A stretch of 64,000 nucleotides of DNA from Alphaproteobacteria bacterium (GTDB taxonomy: Bacteria; Pseudomonadota; Alphaproteobacteria; Micavibrionales; UBA2020), in the NCBI GenBank assembly GCA_025934695.1, contig JAICWS010000004.1:193496-257495 (forward strand), written 5' to 3'. The notes under the pieces were generated by a model, which worked only from the letters and a program-made list of their open reading frames with translations, did not search any database and was not told the origin of the DNA. Position numbers and translations under genes: made by a program. Shown here piece after piece: positions 1 to 9,803 of this stretch (positions are counted from its first letter, which is position 1; the number at the start of each line of letters is the position of its first letter).

Positions 1-62
1 CAAAACATAATTTTCTGCGCGCGACCCATTCCTTTGAAAATCCGTGGAGATTTCCCGCCCGA

Positions 63-1496
63 TTGATGGCTGCTCAATTATTATGTATAATTGAATATCT
101 CAAGTCATTGTTGCAGGGACAAAAGTTAATGCCGGCGGAGGCGGACGAATACGGTCGAGAGATGCAGTCACCGGACGCCGGTTTTGCATCGGTGCTGCCA
201 CCGGTGGATATGACTGGTCCAGGCTTCGGCGCCTTTACTCCCATGGGTGGAAGACTGGCGCCCGAAGCCGATCCTTCCAAAGCCTATTTCCCCGATGCCT
301 ATGTCGCGAGCCTCGCGCGAAGCGCGATGGACGCCATGCCCGCGCTTGCCGAAGTGGGGCCGCCGCGTAATCCGTCGTCGATCGGCGGCCCGACATTTAC
401 GTTGCAGCAGGCGCGCGCGCTGGTCGAAGACGCCTTGAGCGATTTCGACGACCGGCTGGGCGCGGCGGGGAAGAAAATTTTCGCTGAAGGTTTCGACGAA
501 GCCGCGGCGGCGTGGAAAGCGCCAGAGCCCGACTGGGACAGCGTGCCGCAGCGCGATACGCCCATGCGCTGGCGGCTGAGCGAGGCAGCGGGAAGGCCGA
601 TGCAGCGCAGCATTCCCGCGGGTGCCCCGGCGGGACTAGATCCGCCCAATCCGAATAATTATTCGGTCATCGACTATAAGTTCGACGGCAAGATCGGCGC
701 GCTGGTCTATCTCGCGCACGAAGTCGGCCACAGCATCGCGGATGACAATCTGCATGCGGCGGGGAATTACAAATCCACCGACAACCCGGGCCATATGGCG
801 GAAACCCAGGCCTATTTCGTGCAGAACGTGCTGTACAATTATATCTTCGCGCATCCCGAGCTGGAGGGAAAATATTCCGGCATCACGGAAGCGACGCAGG
901 CGCATTTCGCCGCCACGATGCAGGATAATCTCGAACTCGTGCCCGCGGCGCTGAATGCGATGGCGGCGCGCCGGTCGGGCAGCGCCGACGGAATCAACAC
1001 CGGAATCATGCGGGATGCGCTGGGCGAGGGCTGGTCCAAATTCACCGACGCTCGGTGCGTCGGCCAGGATATCGCCGTCCTTCAGGCGGCAAACGGCGAC
1101 GCGGCAAAGGCGCAGGCGGCGACCGATGATCTGGATACGATGATCCTCCGCCTGCAGGGGCGGCCCGCCGGGATTTTCGGCGGCCTCGGCCTGTTCGAGC
1201 TGGCCAATGACCAAGACAAGGGACCGGCACGGTCGAAGATCGTTTCGCAGGTATTGAGCGGCGAGGGGCCGATGACTTTCGGGCAGATCCTGTCCGCCAA
1301 CGGCATCAGCACGCCGGACCAGTTGCAGGAATTCACCCGGCGCGCCGTCGCCAGCGGCATGCAGTATCTTGGCGACGCGGCGCAACCGGCGCCCGCTGCC
1401 GCGAGCCGCTTTGGCGACCTGTCGCAACGCGCCGAGGCGGTGCCCGCATTGCGCAGTCCTGTAGCAACCACCATCTGCGTGCCTAAACCTCGCTAG
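63..1496 (+). CDS. Divergent zinc metallopeptidase (M3 / oligoendopeptidase-F-like, HExxH)
   Basis: 477-aa ORF. 'VYLAHEVGHSI' HExxH motif in an M3-like context. Start uncertain: TTG 63, ATG 66, or ATG 129 with an AGGGA SD. Confidence 0.6.
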   Translation: MMAAQLLCIIEYLKSLLQGQKLMPAEADEYGREMQSPDAGFASVLPPVDMTGPGFGAFTPMGGRLAPEADPSKAYFPDAYVASLARSAMDAMPALAEVGPPRNPSSIGGPTFTLQQARALVEDALSDFDDRLGAAGKKIFAEGFDEAAAAWKAPEPDWDSVPQRDTPMRWRLSEAAGRPMQRSIPAGAPAGLDPPNPNNYSVIDYKFDGKIGALVYLAHEVGHSIADDNLHAAGNYKSTDNPGHMAETQAYFVQNVLYNYIFAHPELEGKYSGITEATQAHFAATMQDNLELVPAALNAMAARRSGSADGINTGIMRDALGEGWSKFTDARCVGQDIAVLQAANGDAAKAQAATDDLDTMILRLQGRPAGIFGGLGLFELANDQDKGPARSKIVSQVLSGEGPMTFGQILSANGISTPDQLQEFTRRAVASGMQYLGDAAQPAPAAASRFGDLSQRAEAVPALRSPVATTICVPKPR

Positions 1497-1500
1497 ATTT

Positions 1501-3396
1501 TCACTTATAGACGATCTGCGCCTTCATGTCGCGCCAGGCCTTGCTCGCGACCTTCTCGTATTCCTGTTCGATCAGGGGCGTGCAGGTGGGCCCGGGCGTC
1601 GTGTCGTCGAGCGTGCGGGTGACGGTGACCTTCTGGCCCTCATGCGTGTATTTCGCCGTGTAGGTCTGAACGTCGCTCTTCGCGGTCACATCGTCGGGGA
1701 CGGCCAGGATGTTCATGTTGGCCGGAAGCTCGAAAACATAGTTTTCCTCGATGATGCCGCTGCCGCAGACGAAGTCCTTCGTCAGCTTGTCCTTCTGCTG
1801 CTTTGCCTTTTCGCCGATGGCTTCGGCCACGGCGGTCGCGACCGACTGCGGCGAAAAAGGCGGCGCGGAGACCAGCGCGCCCGGCGTCCCGGGATAGACG
1901 AAGTCCTTCAGCTTGAAGTGGATGTCGTAACTGAACGAGAGCATGTCTTCGTCCCATTTGCCGGGCTTCATTTCCACGCTGCCCTCGTAGCCGGAACTGT
2001 TCAGCATGCGCTCGTCCAGGCGGTCGACCTGCGCCTGCGTGTAGTCCTTCATTGTCTCGTGCGCCTTGTAGGCGGCAATGCCGCTGAGCGAGATGGTGAT
2101 GTCGCCTTCGATCGAGCCGTCGTCGGCGATCGTCGCCTTGCCGGCGGTCGTGCGCCGATGTGTCGCCGCCGGCATGACCGGCGTGCGCGTGCCGTCCTTG
2201 TAGCCGTCGACGAGCAGCACCGGCTTGCCGGCCAGCTGCGACGACAGGACGCCGAAGGGCAGGCGCGAGGTCGTGTCGAGGTAAAGATCGAGGTCGGGCA
2301 CGTAATTGATGACATGGTTGGCGATTTCGACAATCGGCAGTTCCGGCAGGTCGTAAATCAGGTTCGCGCCGATCAGGGCCTGGCTGCTTTTGATGTTTTC
2401 CGCGGCCAGCAGCGCCTGGAACAGCGTCGCATGGTCCTTGCAATCGCCCATCTTGTTCGTCAGGACGAAGGGAAGATCGCGCGGCACGACCGATCCGATG
2501 CCGATGCAATTGCCGGCGTAGGAGATATTCTTGATTTCCCAGTCATAGATCGCCTTCACCTTGTCGCGCTCGGCGCCTTTGCCTTCGACCAGGCTGTCGG
2601 CCAGCTTGCGGATCTCGTCCGTCACGGCGGCCTTGGGTGTCGCCCGGGCGCCATAGGATTCCGCGACTTCTTTGTAAGACGGGAAGGTCGACAGCGCGAC
2701 ACCCGGATCATCGCCGATATGGTCGACGACCGTGACGGTATGTCCGACGCTCTTCTGCGAGGCCATGTTCTTGTAGGTCCAGGTCAGCAGTTGGCGGCCG
2801 TTTTCCTGCTTGTTGACGGTTTCGACCAAGCCATAATTGTGGTATTTCGCGTTCAGCGACAGCGGGATTGAATAGCTGATGCGCGCGTCTTCATAAACGA
2901 TTTCCTTCGGGAAGGTGAGGAGATGCGAGAACTGCTTGGGAAACAGGGGGTCGGTCACCTTGCGCTTGTAAGTGACGTTCAGCGTATCGCCGACCTCGAC
3001 CTGCGGGAAGACGATGGTCATCGTTGTTTCATCGGAAAACGCCGGGTTCGCGCCCGCACGGCCGCCGCTGACGGTGAGCTGGAAATTGTCCTTCGGCGCG
3101 TCGATGCGTTTGCCGTCGGGCTTTTGCGTATAGGCCTCGACGACGTCGACTTTTTCGGCGCTGGTGCTGTAGGTGATGGAATATTCCTTCAACGCGTCGA
3201 CTGCGTCTTCGCGCAGCACCTGCATGGCGAAGGTGAAAGTGCCGTCCTCGGTCGCGTTATCGCCGATCGTCTCGTCGATATAGTACTTTGTGAACTTGAA
3301 GCCGTCTTCGGCTGGCGGCTTGTCCGCGGCGCGCGCGGGTGCAGCCGTCATCAGTATCATCGCCAAAAGAATTGAGAATGAAATGAATAATTTCAT
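1501..3396 (-). CDS. Secreted DUF3857 + transglutaminase-like domain protein
   Basis: 631 aa. Signal peptide MKLFISFSILLAMILMTAAPARA. 'NKMGDCKDHATLFQALL' resembles the transglutaminase-core Cys region. Confidence 0.75.
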   Translation of the reverse strand: MKLFISFSILLAMILMTAAPARAADKPPAEDGFKFTKYYIDETIGDNATEDGTFTFAMQVLREDAVDALKEYSITYSTSAEKVDVVEAYTQKPDGKRIDAPKDNFQLTVSGGRAGANPAFSDETTMTIVFPQVEVGDTLNVTYKRKVTDPLFPKQFSHLLTFPKEIVYEDARISYSIPLSLNAKYHNYGLVETVNKQENGRQLLTWTYKNMASQKSVGHTVTVVDHIGDDPGVALSTFPSYKEVAESYGARATPKAAVTDEIRKLADSLVEGKGAERDKVKAIYDWEIKNISYAGNCIGIGSVVPRDLPFVLTNKMGDCKDHATLFQALLAAENIKSSQALIGANLIYDLPELPIVEIANHVINYVPDLDLYLDTTSRLPFGVLSSQLAGKPVLLVDGYKDGTRTPVMPAATHRRTTAGKATIADDGSIEGDITISLSGIAAYKAHETMKDYTQAQVDRLDERMLNSSGYEGSVEMKPGKWDEDMLSFSYDIHFKLKDFVYPGTPGALVSAPPFSPQSVATAVAEAIGEKAKQQKDKLTKDFVCGSGIIEENYVFELPANMNILAVPDDVTAKSDVQTYTAKYTHEGQKVTVTRTLDDTTPGPTCTPLIEQEYEKVASKAWRDMKAQIVYK

Positions 3397-3484
3397 GCCG
3401 TCTCCCCCGCCAACACGAACAATCCAATCATTCTAGGGGATAATGCTTAAGATACCGTTGTCGGATAATTAGCTGGATAATCAG

Positions 3485-5095
3485 TTACTTGTGGCTGAAG
3501 ATATAATCGAGCAGCCCCAGCGTCGAACCGTCGTGTGCGCCCGGTTTCTTCGCCTTGATTTCCGCTTCCAGCGCCTTGGCCATGACCTTGCCGAGTTCGA
3601 CGCCCCACTGGTCGAAGCTGTCGATGCCCCAGACGGCGCCCTGCACAAAAACCTTGTGCTCGTAGAGCGCCAGCAGCGCGCCCAGCGTGCGCGGCGTCAG
3701 CTCGTCGAGCAGGATGGTCGTGGACGGGCGGTTGCCGGCGAAGTTACGGTGCGGCTCGGCCTTGTTTTCCTTGCCCGTCATCAGCGCTTCGGATTGCGCA
3801 AGGAAATTAGCGAGCAGCATGGCTTGCTGGTCGGCATTGCCGAAGCGCGTCTTGACGGTAGCGATGAAATCGATCGGCACGGTGTCGGTCCCTTGGTGCA
3901 GCCACTGGAAGAAACTGTGCTGCGCGTCCGTTCCCGGCTCGCCGAAGATGATGGGGCCGGTCGGGCAGCCGACGAGCTTGCCGTCCTTCGTGACTGACTT
4001 GCCGTTGCTTTCCATGTCGAGCTGCTGGAGGAAGGCGGGCAGCCGGTTCAGGCAATTGTGATAGGGGATGACGGCATAGGCCGGGAAACCCAGGAAGTCG
4101 CGGTACCACAGGCCGATGAGGCCCATGAGCACGGGCACGTTCTGTTTCAGGGGCGCGGCACGGAAATGCGCGTCCATCTCGCGCGCGCCCGCCAGGAATT
4201 CGTCAAAATTCTCGCGGCCCACCGCCAGCATGACAGACAGGCCGATGGCCGACCAGACGCTGTAGCGCCCGCCGACCCAGTCCCAGAAGGGGAACATGTT
4301 GTCTGGCGCGATGCCGAATTTCTTGACCGCCTCGAGATTGGTGGAAGCGGCGACAAAATGCCGCGCTATCGCCTGCTCGTCCTTGTAGTGGTTGACGATC
4401 CAGGTGCGCGCGATATTGGCGTTCTGCATCGTCTCGGCGGTCGTAAAGGTCTTGGACGCTACGATGAACAGCGTGGTCTCGGGCGACAGGCCTTTCAGCG
4501 TCAGCGCGAGGTCGGAAGCCTCCACGTTGGCGACAAAATGGCAGGCAAGGCGCGGCACATGGTAGGAGGCCAGCGCCTCTGTCACGAGGCGGGGGCCAAG
4601 GCTCGAACCGCCGATGCCGATGTTGACGACATCGGTGATGTCCTTGCCGTTATAGCCGCGCCAGACGCCGGTCTGGATGGAGTCGGCGAAGCTCTCCATG
4701 CGGTACAGCACGTCGGCCACGTCTTCCGACACATTCTGTCCGTCGACCTTCAACGCGGCATCGTCCGGCGCGCGCAGGGCCGTGTGCAGCACAGCGCGGT
4801 TTTCGGTAGTGTTGATCTTGTCGCCCGCGAACATGGCATCGCGCGCTTTTTCGAGGCCGCTGTCGGCGGCCAGGCGCAGCAGCAGGTCCAGCGTGTCGGG
4901 GGCGACGAGATTCTTGGAAAAATCGACCAGCATTCCGGGCAGGGCGAAGGCAAGCTTTTTAAAGCGTTCCGGGTCCTTCGCGAACAGGTCCTTCAGCGCG
5001 CGTTTTTCCCGCGCATGGGCCTCGAGGGCCTGCCATGAGGGCAGCGACGTGACGCCGGCCGGGGCGTCCTTTTTCTTTGCCGCCGCGTCCGTCAT
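3485..5095 (-). CDS. pgi: Glucose-6-phosphate isomerase
   Basis: 536 aa with full-length PGI-family similarity (..GIGGSSLGP.., ..GGRYSVWSAIGL..). ATGA overlap with the upstream M16 gene. Confidence 0.95.
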   Translation of the reverse strand: MTDAAAKKKDAPAGVTSLPSWQALEAHAREKRALKDLFAKDPERFKKLAFALPGMLVDFSKNLVAPDTLDLLLRLAADSGLEKARDAMFAGDKINTTENRAVLHTALRAPDDAALKVDGQNVSEDVADVLYRMESFADSIQTGVWRGYNGKDITDVVNIGIGGSSLGPRLVTEALASYHVPRLACHFVANVEASDLALTLKGLSPETTLFIVASKTFTTAETMQNANIARTWIVNHYKDEQAIARHFVAASTNLEAVKKFGIAPDNMFPFWDWVGGRYSVWSAIGLSVMLAVGRENFDEFLAGAREMDAHFRAAPLKQNVPVLMGLIGLWYRDFLGFPAYAVIPYHNCLNRLPAFLQQLDMESNGKSVTKDGKLVGCPTGPIIFGEPGTDAQHSFFQWLHQGTDTVPIDFIATVKTRFGNADQQAMLLANFLAQSEALMTGKENKAEPHRNFAGNRPSTTILLDELTPRTLGALLALYEHKVFVQGAVWGIDSFDQWGVELGKVMAKALEAEIKAKKPGAHDGSTLGLLDYIFSHK

Positions 5096-6459
5096 GGCGC
5101 CTTCGCCGCGCCCATGCCGGGCGGCTTGTCGAGCAGAATGTCGACGTTGATGTTCTTGGGCTTGCCGACGAGGACGATGGAGAGATTGTCCGCCTTCAGC
5201 AGTTTCGCCGCGACGCGCTTGATATCCTCGATCGTCAGAGCGTTGATGATGTTGTTGCGGTTGTTGATGTAATTGGGCCCCATGTCGTCGCGCTGCAGGG
5301 AATTCATCGCGTTCGCGATCTCGCCGGTCGAGGTGAGCTCGAGCGGCAGCGCGCCCGTCAGGTACGACTTGGCGTTCTGGAATTCCTCCTGCGTCGGCCC
5401 GTCCTTGGCCATCTGCGTCCAGGACTCCTTCATGAGGCGCAGCGCCTCTTCGACCTTGTCGTTGCTGGCCGACATGTTCACCTGGATGATGCCCGCATGC
5501 GTCGTGCTGGAGAGCATGCTGTAGACGCCATATGTCAACCCGCGCTTTTCGCGGATTTCCTTCATCAGTCGCGCATCAAACGACGAGCCGCCGAGGATGT
5601 AGTTCATGACCATCGCGGCATGCCAGTCTTTGTCGCTGTGCTTGATGCCGGGCTCGCCCGCCGAGATAAAGGTCTGCGGCGTGTCCAGCGGCAGGAGGAT
5701 GATCTTTCCGCCGTATTTCACCTGCGCATCGGTGACGTTGAGCGGGTCGGCCTTCTCGGGCAGCGAGCCGAAAATCTTGTCGATGGCCTTTTCCGCCTCG
5801 TCCTTCGTGATGTCGCCCGCGATGGAAACCTTGAGCACGTTGCGGGCGAATTGCGCGGCCACGTAATCCTGCAGATCCTTGCGGGTGATGGAAGCGATGC
5901 TGTCGAGTGTGCCGTAGCCGGGCTTGGCGTAATAGTGCCCCTCGAACAGCATGCCGTTGAAAGTGCGGGCGACGAGCCATGACGGATCGCCCAAGTCCTT
6001 CTTGATCTCGGACATGGCCGTGTTCTTCATGCGGTCGATCGCGTCCTGGTCGAAGCGCGGCTTGGTCAGCGCGAGGCTGATCAGGCCGAAGGCAAGATCA
6101 CGGTTGGCGCTGAGTGTGCTGATGCTTCCGTAGAAGGCGTCGCGTCCCGCGGTGAAGCTTTCGTTGATCGCGTTATCCTCGAGCTTGCCCTGGTATTCCT
6201 GGCTGGTCATGTCGCCCGCGCCCTCGTCGAGCAGCAGGGAGACGAGATGCCCGGTGCCGGGCTTGTCGTCGGGATCATAGGCGAGGCCGCCCTCGAACGA
6301 GAAGGTCAGGGAAATGACCGGAACCGTATGGTCCTCGACCAGCCAGGCTTCGGCGCCCGGCGGCGCCTTGATGACCTGCACGTCCAGAACCTTGCCCTTG
6401 GCGGCGAAGGCGGGAACCGAGATGAACACGAACAGGAGGAGCGCGAGGATGCGGATCAT
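5092..6459 (-). CDS. M16 family peptidase, non-catalytic-type subunit (no HxxEH)
   Basis: The ORF track extends to 6678, but that extension is Arg-rich shadow sequence. ATG at 6459 gives signal peptide MIRILALLLFVFISVPAFA and an ATGA overlap with the upstream gene. M16 fold with GHLVSLLLDEG in place of HxxEH. Confidence 0.85.
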   Translation of the reverse strand: MIRILALLLFVFISVPAFAAKGKVLDVQVIKAPPGAEAWLVEDHTVPVISLTFSFEGGLAYDPDDKPGTGHLVSLLLDEGAGDMTSQEYQGKLEDNAINESFTAGRDAFYGSISTLSANRDLAFGLISLALTKPRFDQDAIDRMKNTAMSEIKKDLGDPSWLVARTFNGMLFEGHYYAKPGYGTLDSIASITRKDLQDYVAAQFARNVLKVSIAGDITKDEAEKAIDKIFGSLPEKADPLNVTDAQVKYGGKIILLPLDTPQTFISAGEPGIKHSDKDWHAAMVMNYILGGSSFDARLMKEIREKRGLTYGVYSMLSSTTHAGIIQVNMSASNDKVEEALRLMKESWTQMAKDGPTQEEFQNAKSYLTGALPLELTSTGEIANAMNSLQRDDMGPNYINNRNNIINALTIEDIKRVAAKLLKADNLSIVLVGKPKNINVDILLDKPPGMGAAKAP

Positions 6460-7841
6460 GGCTGCTTCTCCCCTTGTTTGGCGGGCGCGGGTGCGGCTGG
6501 TTTCGGCGCCGCGGACCGTGGCGGCATTTTCGCCGGCTCGGCCGGCAGCATCACGCCCGTCACCGGCAGGTCGGGACTGCGGAAGACGGTGTCGGCCGCG
6601 TCGTTCACGTCGTCGATGGTGATTTTCTCGAGCCGGTCGGCGCGGTTCTCTAGATAGTCGATGTCGAAGCCGCTGCACAGCGCGCGGCCGAACAGCAGCG
6701 CGGGCCCCTGCAGGCTGTCGCGGTAGTAGGTGAAGGTGGCGAGCGCCCGCGTGCGCGCGCCTTTTAGCTCTTCCAGCGTCACGCCGCGGTCAAGCAGCGT
6801 CGCGATTTCCTTGTCGATGGCCACTTCCAGCGCCTGCAGCGACGTCCCCGGTGTCGGCGTCGCGTAGATGGTGAAGGTCGTGTCGTTGAGGCTGATGGGG
6901 TCGTAATCGGACGCCGCGTTCACCGCCAGCTTCTGGTCGACGACCAGGTCTTTGTAAAGGCGCGCCGTCGTCGTGCCGCCGAAAATCTCCGACAAGAGGT
7001 CCATCGCGTCATTGCCGCGCGGCACGCGGTATACTTTCATGACCACCGGTTGGCCGACGCGCGGGTCTTCCATGATAAGCTGGTGCTCGACGATGATCGG
7101 CGCAGGGCGCGGGCGCACGCGCTCAGGCACCGCCTGCGCGGGAATGAGGCCGTAATATTTCTCAGCCAATGGCTTGAGCTCCGCCGCCGTGATGTCGCCC
7201 GCCACGATGAGGATGGCGTTATTGGGCTGGTACCACTTGTGGTAATAGTCCAGCGCTTCTTCACGCGTCATTTCCTTCATTTCCTGCAGCCAGCCCAGCA
7301 CGGGGATGGCGTAAGGATGATTGACGAACAGCGCCGCCATCATTTGTTCTTGGAATTTCGACTGCGGCGTGTTGTCGACGCGCTGGTGGCGCTCCTCGAT
7401 GACGACCTGGCGCTCGGAGGCCACCTGCTCGTCGGTGAGGACGAGGTTCTTCATGCGATCGGCTTCCATCTCCATGACTTTTTCAAGATGGTCGCGCGCG
7501 ATATCCTGGTAGAAGGCGGTGTAATCGTGCGTGGTGAAGGCGTTCTCGTTGCCGCCCAGCTTCTTGACGATGAGAGAGAACTGCCCCTCAGGCACTTTTT
7601 GCGTGCCCTTGAACATCAGGTGCTCGAGGAAATGCGCGATGCCGGACTCGCCGGGCTTCGCGTCCGCGCCGCCGAACTTGTACCAGACCATGTGCGACAC
7701 GACGGGCGCGCGGTGGTTCGGAATGACGACGACCTGCATGCCGTTCTGCAGTGTGAAGGTTTCGGCGTTGAAGGTTTTGGCCAATGCGATGCCGGGCAGG
7801 GCGAGCAGCAAGGCCAGAAGGAAGAATATCCGCAGTTTCAT
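6456..7841 (-). CDS. M16 family zinc peptidase (insulinase-like, HxxEH)
   Basis: 'GIAHFLEHLMFKGT' inverted zinc motif. Signal peptide MKLRIFFLLALLLALPGIALA from ATG 7841; alternative GTG at 7853. Confidence 0.9.
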   Translation of the reverse strand: MKLRIFFLLALLLALPGIALAKTFNAETFTLQNGMQVVVIPNHRAPVVSHMVWYKFGGADAKPGESGIAHFLEHLMFKGTQKVPEGQFSLIVKKLGGNENAFTTHDYTAFYQDIARDHLEKVMEMEADRMKNLVLTDEQVASERQVVIEERHQRVDNTPQSKFQEQMMAALFVNHPYAIPVLGWLQEMKEMTREEALDYYHKWYQPNNAILIVAGDITAAELKPLAEKYYGLIPAQAVPERVRPRPAPIIVEHQLIMEDPRVGQPVVMKVYRVPRGNDAMDLLSEIFGGTTTARLYKDLVVDQKLAVNAASDYDPISLNDTTFTIYATPTPGTSLQALEVAIDKEIATLLDRGVTLEELKGARTRALATFTYYRDSLQGPALLFGRALCSGFDIDYLENRADRLEKITIDDVNDAADTVFRSPDLPVTGVMLPAEPAKMPPRSAAPKPAAPAPAKQGEKQP

Positions 7842-7981
7842 CACGATCCACACCCCGAAATGCGCGCCCCTTGCCCTAAGGGAATGCGCCGGTTTTCGTC
7901 ATACACAAAGATTCCCGCTTTCGCGGGACCGACGCCCTTGGTATAACCTGTTGTCGACAAACCTTTTAACAGAGATTGGCC

Positions 7982-8314
7982 ATGAAAGAAAGCAGCCCGG
8001 ACTTCATCAAGAAGACTCTCAAGCCCTATCGCGCCGAGATCGACCGTCTCGACGATGAAATCCTCAAGTTGCTGGGCCAGCGCTTCGACGTGGTAAGAAA
8101 AGTCGCCAAGGTCAAGATAAAGCATGACATTCCCGCCTTCCTCGGCGACCGCGTTGCCCAGGTCCGCGATCGCGCCGCCGCAAACGGCCCGAAATATGGA
8201 ATTGATCCGGAATTTCTGCGCACGCTCTACACCCTGATCATCTATCAATCCTGCGCGACGGAAGACCTGATCAAGTACGAGCAGAAGGTGAAGAAGAAGG
8301 CAGGGCGGGGCTGA
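7982..8314 (+). CDS. Chorismate mutase (AroQ class)
   Basis: About 110 aa. 'YRAEIDRLDDEILKLLGQRFDVVRKVAKVK' is typical of the AroQ helix 1. Alternative TTG start at 7976. Confidence 0.85.
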   Translation: MKESSPDFIKKTLKPYRAEIDRLDDEILKLLGQRFDVVRKVAKVKIKHDIPAFLGDRVAQVRDRAAANGPKYGIDPEFLRTLYTLIIYQSCATEDLIKYEQKVKKKAGRG

Positions 8315-8455
8315 AGTACCCTCACCCTAACCCTCTCCCAGAGGGAGAGGGGACTGAAGAGTTTCGCTCCGCGAAACATTATTAAATTTAATCTTCGTGC
8401 GCAGCACGTCGTTAGTCCCTTCTCCCTCTGGGAGAAGGCTAGGATGAGGGTACTT
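8315..8455. repeat. MITE/REP-like element family A (two CCCTCTCCC..GGGAGAGGG hairpins, AGTACCCTCAyCCT terminal inverted repeats)
   Basis: A near-identical copy lies in the opposite orientation at 25573-25721. No coding capacity. Confidence 0.8.
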
Positions 8456-9788
8456 GCAGCCAGAGTCACAAAAAACCGACGCGTCCTCGAAACCCGACAT
8501 CGGCCTTCCCGCCCGCCGCGCGGCTTATGCGGTGCTGAATGAAATTATTTTCAAAAGAAGGTCACTGGACGAAGCTTTCGCCCGGCAGCCAGCGCTGGAG
8601 ACGATGCCGGGACGCGACAAGGCCTTCGTGCGGCTCCTCGTCTCTGTCGTCCTTAAACGGGCGCGGGAGATGGACGACACGCTGGGCCAGCTGCTGCACG
8701 AGCCGCTGGACGGGCTGAAGCCGCCGCAGCTGATCAATATCTTCCGCCTCGGCGTCGCGCAGTTCGCCTTTCTCGAAACGCCGCCGCATGCAGTGGTGAA
8801 TACAACCGTCGAGCTCGCCGAGGCCGAAGGCATCGCGCATCACAAGCCGCTGGTCAATGCCGTGATGCGCCGCCTGACGCGCGAGGGCATGCAGAAGCTC
8901 GCGCCGCGCGACGCCGGGCGCATCAATACGCCGGAGTGGCTGTGGGAAAGCTGGATGCAGGGCTTTGGCGTCGAAACGGCGCTCGATATCGCGGCGGCCA
9001 ATCTGGATGAAGCGGCGGTGGATTTCTCGGTCAAAAGCCACCCCGAACAATGGGTCGCGACGCTCGACGCGGTGCAATTGCCGACCGGGTCCCTGCGCAA
9101 AAAAACCGCCGGTTTCGTGCCCGACCTGCCGGGCTTTACGCAAGGCTCGTGGTGGATCCAGAACGCCGCCGCCGCCATTCCCGCGCAATTGTTCGGCGAC
9201 GTGAAGGGCAAGACCGTGGCCGATCTCTGTGCCGCGCCGGGCGGCAAGGCGGCGCAGCTTGCGGCCATGGGGGCGAAAGTGATCGGCGTCGATATCTCGG
9301 CCCAGCGCGTCGCGCGGCTCAACGAAAATATGCAGCGGCTCCAGCTGCCGGTCGAAACCGTCATTTCCGACGGCGCGTCGTGGCAGCCGAAGGAACCGAT
9401 CGACGCCGTGCTCGTCGACGCGCCCTGCACCGCGACCGGCACCATTCGCCATCAGCCCGACGTCATGTGGCTCAAAGAACCGCGCGACGCGGAAAAACTG
9501 GCAGCGCTCCAGCGCCGGTTGCAGCTCAACGCCGTGAAGATGCTGAAACCCGGAGGCACGCTCGTCTTCTGCACCTGCTCGCTTCAGAAGGCGGAAGGCG
9601 AGGACCAGGCGAGCTGGCTGCTGCAGCAGGGCCTCCCCATCCGCCTCGCGCCCATCGCCGCCGACGAACTCCCCGGCATCGCCGATCTGGTCACCCCGCG
9701 CGGCGAGTTGCGCAGCCTGCCGTTCCACTGGAAGGACATCGGCGGCATCGACGGGTTTTATGTGGCCAGGTTTGTGAAGACTTCGTAG
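8454..9788 (+). CDS. rsmB: 16S rRNA (cytosine-C5)-methyltransferase, RsmB/Sun family
   Basis: 444 aa. NusB-like N-terminus plus a SAM methyltransferase domain ('DLCAAPGGK', 'VDAPCTATGTIRHQPD', 'LVFCTCSL'). TTG start is uncertain. Confidence 0.85.
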   Translation: MQPESQKTDASSKPDIGLPARRAAYAVLNEIIFKRRSLDEAFARQPALETMPGRDKAFVRLLVSVVLKRAREMDDTLGQLLHEPLDGLKPPQLINIFRLGVAQFAFLETPPHAVVNTTVELAEAEGIAHHKPLVNAVMRRLTREGMQKLAPRDAGRINTPEWLWESWMQGFGVETALDIAAANLDEAAVDFSVKSHPEQWVATLDAVQLPTGSLRKKTAGFVPDLPGFTQGSWWIQNAAAAIPAQLFGDVKGKTVADLCAAPGGKAAQLAAMGAKVIGVDISAQRVARLNENMQRLQLPVETVISDGASWQPKEPIDAVLVDAPCTATGTIRHQPDVMWLKEPRDAEKLAALQRRLQLNAVKMLKPGGTLVFCTCSLQKAEGEDQASWLLQQGLPIRLAPIAADELPGIADLVTPRGELRSLPFHWKDIGGIDGFYVARFVKTS

Positions 9789-9803
9789 CAGTTTGAATAG
9801 CCA

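Noticed and set aside
5092-6678. 528-aa version of the second M16 peptidase (ORF-track start at 6678), and the 347-aa version of rlmE (20831-21874).
   Set aside because: The N-terminal extensions are Arg-rich or overlap the neighbouring gene on the opposite strand. Internal ATGs (6459 and 21173) give a signal peptide with ATGA coupling, or the canonical RlmE N-terminus.
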